A DNA stretch of 64,000 nucleotides from Vermamoeba vermiformis (lineage: Eukaryota), in assembly GCA_045837725.1 (NCBI GenBank), contig JBEWZL010000101.1, forward strand, positions 372,001 to 436,000, written 5' to 3'. Positions 13,601-25,275 of this stretch are shown piece by piece. A program made the translations under genes and the position numbers. Position 1 is the first letter of the stretch. Each line of letters opens with the position of its first letter. The notes beneath the pieces were generated by a model. It saw only the letters and a list, made by a program, of their open reading frames with translations. It searched no databases and had not been told where the DNA came from.

Positions 13601-13750
13601 TATTTATTTTCAGCTAACATTATTTATCGTGATATAAATGGCTCTTACGTGCGCCTCACCGGAGAAACAAATTGCCTCCCTGCTCGATCTTCCAAAATTT
13701 TATTTTAACTTTCTTTCCAGACCTTCAAACACAACTACGTACGTCCAACC

Positions 13751-16240
13751 ATGGAAGAGCAATTACATACATTCAGTCCAAACGAAGTGGTGACTTTTTT
13801 AAGCCAGCAGCTCAAACGGAACTTGGATGAAGCTACTGCCTCAATTTTGATCAATGCGCATTTTAACGGTTTTGCGCTCTTATCCTACACCAATTTCAAC
13901 GATGTTAAAGAAGATTTTGAAGCGTTAGGAGTACTATCAAACAACATATTTGCGCGGGATTTGCTGGCTCGAATAATTGTTGCAATCGCTCGCAAATTTA
14001 GAGAGCCCGTTAAACAGCTCTTAAAAAAAGAATACGCAAATGTAGGTGCCTGGCTTACTGCTGCGCACGTATTGGAGCCAGAAGACATAAGGACAGAAAT
14101 TGCCGTTCTTGACGTAGAAATATTTTGCGACTTGTTTCAGCAGCTCGAAGACTTACGGGAAATGCAATTTCCAACTATTAACGCTAGAGCCATTTGGTCC
14201 GCGATAGGTAAAATCATTACATAATTTATCAAAATCGCGAACTAACAAATTGAAAGAAATGAGAAGGAGCAACGACAGCACGAAAGATTCGAACAAAAGT
14301 AAGTACTTGCTTATCCCAATACATACGTTAATTTATTGCTGTAGAGCGAGCTGGTGAGGAGCTGCCCAATGCACCGGTCACTAAACGAGCCTGCATAGGA
14401 GAACGTAAGCACATACAAATATGTATAATAGCTAATCGTCGCAGGTGCGGTAGATGGTTTTGTGAGGACCCAACCACTCACTCCTTGGGACGACAGTTGC
14501 AAAGCAAAACTGCTCTCCCAGGTGCAACAGATCTGCCGTATCAATTACGACAGTAGCTTGAAGCAAAAGTCTCAATTTGGAGCTGCATTGCAAAAAGCCT
14601 TTCCAGTTCTGTCGAATGGTCAAATATTTGACTTCATGCTGGACAATCCATTAGGCTCAGAGGAGCTTGATAGAATCTGCAATGCTCTTCTACAAACCAA
14701 TCATTTTTCTCAAACTGGCCCAGTTTTGCTTTATCAAGTGTCAGGAGCTGGCAAGACCAAGCATGCATATGACTTAGCAAGCCAAGGCTATACTATCATT
14801 TTACGTCTTATGGCAAGCAACTTGGAACCTGTTAGTGATGTACTATCAAGGGCTATTGAGCATTATTCTAAGTTTCTGGATGTTCATGAACGCTTCAACT
14901 TCACCTGGTGCTCATTGAGTGTGATCTATTCCTGGGTTCTGGCACACATTGAGTTTCTGGAATACTATCAGCAAGAACTTCTTCCAGAACTTGAATCATT
15001 GCTGCAGTCAGATCAAAGTGAGTTACATGTATCTTTTCTGCAATATTAATCTTTTTGTAGTTAAACTTACAGACAGGCAAAAGTATCAACTATTTCACTT
15101 GGCACAGGCAAAGGGATCAAATGCAAAGGATTACATTCATTTTCAGTTTTATTCTCATGTTGCAGCTCTGTCGAATGAAGCTCCACGAAACTATGTTGAT
15201 TCATTACGTAAATCCATAACTACTTTGTACAGACAACTCAACATTAAGGTATGTGCAAAGTACATCTATTCTTATTAAATTTCAAATAGGGAATTGTTTT
15301 TGATGAGCTCTTGACACTCACTCATGTTGGTGTGGGCTGTTTCATGCACAATGATGACCTAGATGCTCTTGGTCAAGGCTTTGAAACACTTGAAAAACTT
15401 GTCTACTTCCAGCAACTTGAAATGAAACAACACCACTCTTCCAAAGGTAACACCAACATTTTCTGATGTTTGGCTAATTTTTAAAACTTAAACAGATATT
15501 CAATTGCTACATTTGCCAAACCAGACACTTGAAGAAAGCAGACCCCATCAGCCAACATCAGTTGTTGATGGTTTCATGCACTTACTAGCCAGCTCAGGTG
15601 CCTCTGGTGTATCATATTTGCTATTGGATACAAGCAAAAAAGCATGCAAATATTTTCTATTGAAGGAAACTGGCCGTCCACATCCAAAGCTGCAAACAAT
15701 AGTGCCAAATGTTTATATCAATACAAACACAACGGGTATGAATGACAATAGTTAGGTAGCATACAACTAATATCTGAAACAGTGAAATTTCTGGAAACTT
15801 ATTTTGGAAAGTCTAGCCAAAATGCTGTTCTTTGCAGTTTGTTGGGCAAGTTTGAAGGAAGAGGACTATTTTTTTTTCAAAGCTTTGTTTTACAATCCCT
15901 GATACCTGCATTACGGAAGAACCAACCAGCCACAAGAGCTGAGGTTGATAACATCATAGTACAGCTGCTACAATCTCAAGATGTTCTAAACAAGTGTCGA
16001 AGCCAAGCTCTGGCGTTTGTCGAAGAATTTTTCAGGTCAGACAAAATTAGTACAGCCATCCAGGCCAAAATCCAATCTTGTTTGCATGACAATGCTGGGA
16101 CGATTGAAGTACCACCACAGTTTGAAGAAGTTGGTCAAGTGTTGGCATATCTAAAGGAGAGTGGTGATACTATCTTGTGGCAGTTTTCAGAGCCGTTCAT
16201 TGTGGAGCAGCTTGTGAAAAGATTACAAACCGGCATTTGA
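13751..16240 (+). CDS. Tandem SAM-like domains + P-loop NTPase (Crinkler/CR-effector-like), multi-exon
   Basis: N-terminal FSPNEVVTFL..FNGFALL and ANVGAWL..LREMQF are SAM-like. Walker A VLLYQVSGAGKT; Walker B LNIK/GIVFDE across the intron at 15249-15289; later LGKFEGRGLFF and FSEPFIV. Confidence 0.65.
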
Positions 16241-16454
16241 ACCGCCAGTATCGGCCGGGACGCAGCAGCAGCCAGGAAGGACGCTATCGTTGTACAAAAT
16301 TTCCTTAAAATCGATTCAAAATATTAGTATAAAATTATAGTTTAATATGTGTGTTGTTCGTATTGATAAACATGCAATTTTATCGGAACTAGTCCGTTTT
16401 TAAAACCATTCTATCGGTACCCACAACTGACCATTAATAGATTAACCTAATTTA

Positions 16455-18466
16455 ATGGATATACTACCGCTCGATGTCTGGCCCTTAATTGTTAGTTTCA
16501 TGAATGCCAAAACAAAACGGCAGATGCGACTCGCAAACACAAAATGGTTCAATACTATCAAATATAATAAGTTTAAAATATTTTTTGCACGATCAAAGAA
16601 TATTCAAGCCATTGCAGAACGATTATCAAAATATTCTTGGCCGATCGAGATTCACTTTTTAAAACCCAAATTTGACAGACCATTGGACTTGATTAATAAT
16701 TTACCAATACTTACCAACCTCAAAAAAATATCGGCAAGTGATGTGGATGAAATCGAAGATATTAGCGCGGGCGCAATTGCAGCAGGCAATCGACGGAGGG
16801 ACCGAAACAGCGAAACGAGCGAGATTTGCAGAAATTGTATGTTCAGTTCGAACATTGAATTAAGAACGAACACCACAACTCATATTGGTTATTAAATTTT
16901 TATTTTTATTTTGTATACTAGGTGCGTGTCTAGGCGTTCGTAGGGCCCAACCATCGATACGGGGGCTGTATGAACGAAATCTAGCACCTAGCCAATAAAC
17001 CTGAATTATCGCCCGCGAGTGTAGCGAGTTAAGTCCCGGCAGATCAATGGCGCCAACTTTCAACACTCACCAATATTGAACACTGGAAGCTTAGAGAAGA
17101 ATATTTACCACAAGATTTATGGCTAAAATTCACTAAATTGACTAAATGGGGAGTTACGTTACCCGACGAAGAACTTGTGCCGATCTTGAAGCGGATGACG
17201 AACTTAAATTCATTAAGCTTGTATTCCGAGGACTCAAAAACATGGCCTTTTGCACTCACATATAGCCCAGATAAATTAACAAGACTAAACATCAGCGTTT
17301 CAGAGAAGCAACAACATGGCAGTGAGATCTGGGCCTGTTTAACGAATCTGAAAGCCTTAGTTTATTCCGAGAATATTAACGAAGGATACAATGATATAAA
17401 GCTATCGTTTTTAACGGTGTTGACGATTCGTCAGTTAGATTGCAAAAAACTTCCGTCTTTAGCAAGAAACACGAATTTACAGCATCTGTCACTCTACTGC
17501 CAAAAGTGGTCCACAAGCAAAACTCACGATTTATCAAATTTAAAAAATCTGCGAATATTATCGATAGTTTACCCTCGTCAACAAAAGCCTGTTCAATTCA
17601 ACTTTTTGGTGCAACTGCTACAACTCGAAAGTTTCGCAATCACGGCCTCGGATATGACAACAGATGTGTCAAATGCATCGGATGTATTATTTCAGTACTT
17701 GCCATATTCTTTGAAGAGACTAAAATCGGATCTTGATTTGGATGTGGTCAAAATTACGCATCTGACAAATTTGGAAGAACTCGTTCTATACAAAAATTGC
17801 ATTAGTAATCAACACTTGACAGCGTTATCAAATATGACTCGTTTAGTTGTCGATCAAAATAATGTAATGCAAGATTGGAAAGTTATTGGAAAATTGACGC
17901 GATTAATCGAGCTCGATTTGGCATGCACTTCCGACGAAGACGAAAATGTTGACGATAATGTACCTGATATATCAAGTTTAACCAACCTTATTACGTTACG
18001 TTGGACATTGAACGAGTTTCCCATCCACAAACTTGCAGCGGTGGCTTATTTGACAAAGCTAGAAGAATTGTTTATCTCTGCGCACAACGAATCAGATCCA
18101 TCATTTGTTAATCAATCCGACTTTTTATCGATATTAACAAATTTGACACGACTATCATTACAACTAAAGACTAGCGATAACACATTATGGCAAAACATTG
18201 CAAAATTGACGAATATCGAATCGCTCAGTATACACTACGTAGATCACGATGATAGATTATTGACATTAACAGCGTTCAAGAATTTAACTGAATTGACCAT
18301 AACTTCTGCTGCGAAAGAATTTACCGGCCAGCATTTTACTGCCTTAACGAATTTACAAGACATTTATTTTCGAGGTGATAGTACTCAATTGGTGCATAAG
18401 AACGAAGACTTGAGGAAGAAAATGCCTTATTTGTTAAGGTATTCGTACTTCGTTCCTTTAGTGTAA
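16455..18466 (+). pseudogene. F-box/LRR paralog of the 11563 gene interrupted by a 272-bp insertion (pseudogene, or rescued by splicing)
   Basis: Colinear with the 11563 protein up to ..EIEDIS(A) at 16766 and again from ADQWRQLSTL at 17039. The intervening 272 bp has no counterpart in the paralog and shifts the frame. Confidence 0.8.
16767..17038. mobile_element. Short (about 270 bp) insertion of unknown origin
   Basis: Absent from the paralog. GC-rich ends (CGGG...CCCG), possible 1-2 bp duplication, and an internal GTATGT...poly-T-TAG intron-like segment. No long TIRs seen. Confidence 0.55.
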
Positions 18467-18502
18467 AATAAACTGCCTATTGTATTGTACTCTTTGTATT
18501 TA

Positions 18503-19859
18503 TTATACGAACAAAATTAATACTGAAAGTACAAGACAATAGGTGAACGATATTAAAGCACTCGCTGAGCTTGTTTTAGCATCGGGACTGGAGATCAATG
18601 TTGGCGATCCGACAGGTACAGGCAAGCCACATACGTTGTTGAAGCAAATATGTGTTGAGCAATCTGATCCTGAAGAGCAGGCCTTGCCATCGATGCACCG
18701 GGCTGCACACATGGATCCGCCACAATCGACATCCGTCTCGTCAAAGTTTTTCACGTTATCTTGGCAGCTGTCTTGAGGAGCCATAATAATGCCGTAGTAA
18801 TAGTGTGTGTCGGTACTGTTGAACCACAATGAACCATTTGTAAGGCCGTTAGTCTCATCAAAAGTGAATTCATGAATGAAGACGCCAGAGCCGTCAATTT
18901 GCGCCAGAATTTTGCCTTCTTCAACAACGACGAGCTGAACTATCTCTCCAACATCGCTATTTGCATAGACCCGTTCGTGCGTAGTTTTGTTGAATACGTA
19001 GAGACCAGTAGGGTAGTTTCCAATAGTGAGGTAGTTGGCCGAGAACTCAAACGCATTGGTCGAGTAGCTCTCGTTCAAAAATATCGTGGCGTTGCTTAAT
19101 GTAGTTGGCAGTCCTTCGCCAATTTGAACAATAGCAGCCTCCAGTCCGTCGTAGTTTGACGCGTAGAGATTTCCTTCGTAACTTCGAAGCGTAAAAACTG
19201 CGCCTAAGAAGACTAATTCGGACGTGTTGGAGCTGAGCGTAGTGTAGTAAACTCGTCCCGAAGTTGAGAACCATACGTCCTCGCCATCTAGAATAGCATT
19301 ATATACAGTTGAAACTGTTCGGTTGTCGGCGTCGAATGGGGCAGTGGTTTGGATCAGACCGTTTCCGTGGATCACGGCGAAACTTGTCAAGTAGTATCCA
19401 GCCGAAGTTTCAGTGACATTAATATAGTTGCAACAAGACATAATGGCGCGATATCCGTCGTTAGAAACCGTTAAACGGCTAGAATAGTCGTCGTTATAAA
19501 TAAGACACGGATGTGTTCCGTTGCTAGTAAAAAAAATTAAAATTTAAAATTTACGTCGATTGAATAGGTCATATAATACTTACACTTCTTCGGTAGGCAG
19601 CGCAAATTCTTGCACAATTTCTCCCGTTGGAGTAAGCTCTGTCAAGTAGCCCTTTGTACACGCTTGTTCGGTCAACTCTACAATAGCAATAAGTCAATAC
19701 GTGCATAGTATAATATTATACTAAGCATTGAGTTTACTTACGTATCTCTGCTTTGACAGCCAAAATATTTCCTTTCGTGAATGGCGCGCATGACACTGCC
19801 AACGATACCACAGCCACAATAAAGGCCACATTGAAAATCAAACGACTTGAAGTTGTCAT
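18503..19859 (-). CDS. Secreted/GPI-anchored-type surface protein with beta-rich domain and Cys-rich DETDVDCGG module
   Basis: Signal peptide MTTSSRLIFNVAFIVAVVSLAVSC; many N-x-S/T sites; CQDNVKNFDETDVDCGGSMCAARCIDGKACSSGSDCSTHICFNNVC; S/P/T linker; hydrophobic C-terminus SSASALISFTYCLVLSVLILFV. Confidence 0.8.
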
Positions 19860-20473
19860 TGTTGTCGTTGTTGTCGTGTTGATTGAGTCTGGATTAAACT
19901 AGTCTTTTTGGCTCGTTCCCGGTTGGCATTGGTACCAATTGCTACTTGGGGATTGGTGTATTTGGGGCGACTCACGTGCAAACCCCAACACCGCACAGTT
20001 ACGCCATTGTGAACAAAATCTGCGAAGATGCGTAATATGCCAGCATTGGGGTAACTGTGCTATCTCGCTTACAAATATTGGTGTGATTATAGTTTCACTC
20101 GAAGCTTTGAAATTACTAAAATTCGGAAAATAATTGCCTACGCTTACGTTAAAATTCCAAAATCACATACTATTGGCAAAATTACAAATTCTTTTGATCT
20201 CTTCATTATATCTTACAAAAATTGTTCAAACAATAAGATCAAATCTTACGATCTACGGCCAAAAATCCAAATTGTGCTGCAGCATTGATTGTGAACGTTG
20301 CGCGGAAATGATAATATGCTATTGAGCAACAAAATTGAAGGTAAATGTGGGTAGCAACAAAAACGGTCATTTTTAGTTTGACTTTGCTTGACCCAGCGAT
20401 AATTTTCTGCGGCCGCCTTCTGGACTTACTACTTTAATACGTACACTGTAACACAAGACCAGAAGCTTTGAAA

Positions 20474-22271
20474 ATGGCTACAGAACAAACGACTGTTGAT
20501 CAAGTCAAAGAGGAAACAAAGACCGAAACTAAGGGTCAGATGACCCAACGACATAAACGAGAAGTGAAGGTAAATGACGAATTTATTGGTTAATAATTTT
20601 TTCTGTATTATTATGCCGATAATAGCTGCTGCGGCTTATCCTTATGATTACGTCATTTTTTAAAATTAATAATTAATTGCACCGTAAATTAAGTTGTGCC
20701 GAGTAATAGTTATATTGTTATTATCAAATGTGGGCATGATTAAGTTAATTAAAACATTTTGGTCAAGTACGTGGCAAGATCACACGATCCAAATCTAACG
20801 CTTTGTTGCAAATTCAGGAACTTCAAAATAAAATTGGAGGTCTAAATCGCACAGTATCTAAAAACGACAAAGAAGGGAGGAAAAAACTTCAGCTGGAGAT
20901 CAAGAAACTCGAAGACGATCTCAAAGCACGACACGAAAATGAAATTAAAGCGTTTGAAGCACGCCAAAAAGAACAGGAATCACAGGTAACATATTAACGC
21001 AATATAGCAATTTTTTATTTCAAGTTAAAAAATTTTTGATGAGATCGAGCAACATCGCTTTGGCAAATTGTCCGCTCATTCTCTCCGCGTCTCCTGATAT
21101 TAAATAATATTTGCAATATATATTAACCATTCAAAAAATAATTTGCGAGTGTCAGCATATTCATACTAAGCCGTTTGCAAATTGATCCAAATCTGGATCT
21201 AACTTTTGTTCGGGCAGGTTCAAACAGGAATGCAGAATTTAACATTAAATAAGAACACAGAAGAAAATAAGACCGAGGAGCAAGCTAATGGAGGCGAGAA
21301 TACAACGGATAATGCAAACGTGGAAACTGATCAGAACGAGGCTGAAGAGGCCGACGAAGATGCATTTACGATTAATATTCCTGGAAATAATAAGAACAAT
21401 AATAACAGCAAAGTCTCGCGGGCAAAAAAACGAAAGGTAAGAAATTAATTTTGATGGATCGCGTCGTGCACGATGTTACCGAGCCTAGCATTTTATCCCT
21501 ATACTTGTATATTAATCTATTTTAATGTAGGCTGCTAAAGCTGCGCAAGACAAAGAGCGACAACAAAAAATTGAAGACGCGAAGAAAAATACAGTTAGTC
21601 AGCGTGACATTGAAATTCAACGATTGAAAGAGATCTTAGCGCCTATGAAACTCATTATAAGAGAGGTAAGTTAACGATATTATACAGCATTATCATTTAG
21701 GGTTATAAGAAGGTTACTTATGATTATTTTGCGGTCAGATCTCAGCCGATGGAAACTGCTTATATAACGCCGTTGCGGATCAGCTCCGACGACTCAAACG
21801 CGGAGACTTTGTACGTAATATTATAGTACCCGGCACTCTTATACTAATATATGATTTATATGGTAGTTCAATAACGAGTACTTGAGAAATCAAGTCGCTG
21901 ATTACATGATGGCCAACAAATTCGACTTTTTGCCATTTATGGATATAAGCGAAGGAGAATTCGACAATTATTGCAATAAGATTAGAACGACGTCAGCGTG
22001 GGGTGGTCAATTGGAAATTCAAGCGTTGACGAACATTCTCAAAACTCCGATCGAGATCTACAGCGCAACCTCGCCTGTAGTGCGAATGGGCGAAGACTTT
22101 AATGAAGAAAAGCCTCTATTGCTATCGTAAGTATAGGGAAATAGTAAACCAGCCTCGTGGTGGCCAGATCCTAACAAGTTTTTATTTTCGTTCAGGTATC
22201 ATAAACACATGTACACAATGGGAGAGCACTACAACTCCATAGTAGAAAATACGACCGTAGAATTTAATTAA
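20474..22271 (+). CDS. OTUD6B: OTU-family deubiquitinase (OTUD6B/OTU2-like)
   Basis: N-terminal RHKREVKELQNKI..LEDDLKARHENE; Cys box ISADGNCLYNAVADQL; WGGQLEIQAL; His box YHKHMYTMGEHYNS. Confidence 0.9.
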
Positions 22272-22418
22272 TAAATTTGGTATTTTGAACGGAACAAGGC
22301 ACACGTCATTTTGCAAAATCAGTTTTTTATTTTTATTTTTGACTTGCATTACCTGTGGACCACAGTTCATTGACGAACGCCGAAAGAAGTTTTTGTTCTC
22401 ATATATATATAAATAATT

Positions 22419-24030
22419 ATGAAACGACGAACTGATCAACGGGAGACGGAAGACTCAGATCAAGAACTAAAAAAATCTAGATTGACCAATTTCCACGTAA
22501 GATCGCTCTTATAATATTTGCCATTCATATCATAATTTATAACAATTTTTGAAGGATTTTCTGATTGACGATATCATGAAAATTATTTTCTCGCTTCTGG
22601 ATGAGACTTCTCGAAGACACGTTCGTCTTGTCTGCACCAAATGGTTCAATCATATCAACTACTCGGTATTCAACATTGGAGCTATTCTGCCATCAGAGAT
22701 TGAAGAAGTGGTTCGAGTGTTTGGTCGATACAACCAACAGATCGAGCTTCACTTCAAACAAAAGAGCCCCGTGCTACGTAAACCAAGACAAAAAGAAGAG
22801 TATCAACGAGTTGAAGAGCTGTCAAAGCTGACGAACTTGTCTGCGCTAACCATGGACGGCTTTTACTATCATCAGTATCTGGCTTTTACGAATTTAACAT
22901 CGCTAAAGAGTTCCACAATTGGCGATCCGACGATGAAAACCCTCACAAAGTTAAAGAAAGTAGTGGCGGACGATATTTATTGCGATAGCACTGTGAATTT
23001 GGCTCAATTAGAAGAATTGTCGCTTACTGGCCAGTGCAACTTTGGCGGCAGAATTATTGCTCGAGCATTGAATGTCAAACACTTGACATTACTCAAAACA
23101 GACTACCCTAATTATTTAGGAGCAGGCGATACTTATTGCAAAGAAGATTTTAGACTATTGACGAAGCTTGAATCATTGACGGTGGATGACATGCCGATCG
23201 CGTGGGATCAGCTGTCAACAACTTTGACACGTGTCATCGTAATGTCCAGGCAGGAATGGAGTGGCACCCAGCACGCTGTCTTTCAATCGACAAACTTGAC
23301 CAATCTTCGGCACTTATCTATTCAAAACAACCTTGATAACTTGGAGATTTTTCCTTATTTGGAAAGTCTGTCCTTGAAAAACTTCAATACCTTATGTCAA
23401 CAAATATCCTCTTTATCGCACTTGACATCATTGAAACTCAGTCAATTTCCTGTTTTAGATGCATCGATGGATTTAATCAGCGAATTGATTCAACTTTGCG
23501 AGCTTGAATTGAAACCCTCTCCCACTTACCTAAAGGCATTCGATATGCAATATTTCCAAGAATTAACGAATTTGACTTCATTAGAAATGCCATTGACAGT
23601 CAGGCCGAGAAATATTGACACTTTGACACGATTGACAAGGCTTCAGACATTAACTCTCAAACTTGAAGACAACAAAACAGATTTTCTGTACACGCTGACA
23701 AATCTTACAAGACTAGATATACAATATGACGAGTCAAGTATTCCCTTAAACTTAAAGTCATTGACGAAGCTTCATGAACTTTCCACGGAAACGGAGAATA
23801 CTTTCACTGGCTTTGACACCTTGGCAGCGCTAACAAAGCTCATATTTCAGCAAAAAATCAAAGACAGTGACAGCCATTGGCATAATATATCAAAGTTGAC
23901 AAATCTTATTGAATACATCGAAGTCGGTGGGTTCGTTTCCCAAACGGATCCAGATCGGCTGACACAACTGATAGTTTTCAAGCACTTGACAAGATTAACA
24001 ACCGCTCTGTATTGTACGGCAAGACCTTAA
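22419..24030 (+). CDS. F-box/LRR protein with short basic first exon; C-terminus appears truncated
   Basis: Exon 1 MKRRTDQRETEDSDQELKKSRLTNFH, intron, then DFLIDDIMKIIFSLLDETSRRHVRLVCTKW (F-box) and LTNL repeats. Ends about 50 aa earlier than the paralog at 25276. Confidence 0.85.
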
Positions 24031-25086
24031 GATAAAGTTTAGTTAATAGTTAGTTATTAAGAAAATTTTGGACACTTACGACACGATGAGTTGTCGGTGT
24101 CAGAGCCGAGACTGCATTTGTTAGTTTTCGACCAATGACGCAGAACATATCCAAGCCCGCCGTTGCCTCGCGTTCTACTTCCACGAATTCATTCAGGGAT
24201 TTATCCCAGACTTGCAAACCTAGCCGAAAGTCAGTACTAAAGAAAATGCCAAAAATTTGGATCTAGTTTACCTGACACATCGCTGCACAATATCAAGCTA
24301 AATAGATTAGAGTCTTCATGAACGCGACAATGTGCATAATGGCCAGTTTTAATGGGCGCTTCTTCGTCATGCAAAACAGATCTAACTTGCGTCGAGCCCC
24401 AATTTTTTAAATATTCATTTTCGCTACTATCAGTTGCAACATCATCATATTGAATAGGCAAATAGTGTATAATTGATATCACTGATTTTGTTTGTCCGTG
24501 TTTTCTAATCATTTGATCTATCTCGGTAAATAATTTCTCGTCGGAATTGTCGGATCCGCTGATTTTTGCTGCGTCGAATATCAACGCTAGCACTCTAATA
24601 GATAAATTGCGTAATATATCCTGAGCATTGCGATATAAAACTTTAAACTCGTCAGAAAATGGCAGTGACTCTACATCCGCCGGAAGTAACTTTAAAACGT
24701 AGTAAATTATTATTTAATGCATTATAGCTTATAAAATAATTATATTACGTACTCGTAGAAATTCTCTGACGTTTCTATCCGTAAAATATCCGCAACGAAA
24801 ATTGGTCACATTGTATTGGCGTTTCTAAAGTATAAAGGGGTCATTAAATAGCATTATAATTATATTTAACGTATATTTAACGTACAGTAACGGTATCAAG
24901 CATAAAGAATGACCGTCCGGCTTGTAAAAAATTCTGCAGTGTTGTGGATTCGTCGGGTGTCAATGCCAACGTGGCGTAACCTTATTGCATTTTAATATGC
25001 GCTATCTAACATTTTTGATGCATTTTTTAGCGTAAAATACCTTTTTCAACAAAATCTTTGGCGATCGGGCTGGTTGTGCGGTCCAT
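23978..25086 (-). CDS. 2-oxoglutarate/Fe(II)-dependent oxygenase (IPNS/DIOX-like), C-terminus possibly damaged
   Basis: Spliced: DFVEK/GYATLAL..FLQAGRSFFML; IIHYLP; HxD motif HCRVHEDSNLFSLILCSDVS/GLQVWD; distal His PTTHRV/VLPYNTER. Confidence 0.82.
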
Positions 25087-25275
25087 CTGCAGAGTTTGCG
25101 AGCCGAAGCAATAGTCCGTATATTATAACATGCCAACAATATATCCTATAATCCTTCTTGTGCACTATAAAGCGAAGGAAATCGCGCAAATGGTAAACAA
25201 CACGAAAATACAAACTTTTTGTTGAACATTAGTTGCATCAATTATGTCTACGAGTCATACATAACATTTAGTCAA

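Noticed and set aside
16241-16328. Open frame continuing after the NTPase TGA (possible readthrough to a toxin domain)
   Set aside because: Only about 28 codons with no nuclease motif, and other genes here use TGA as a normal stop.
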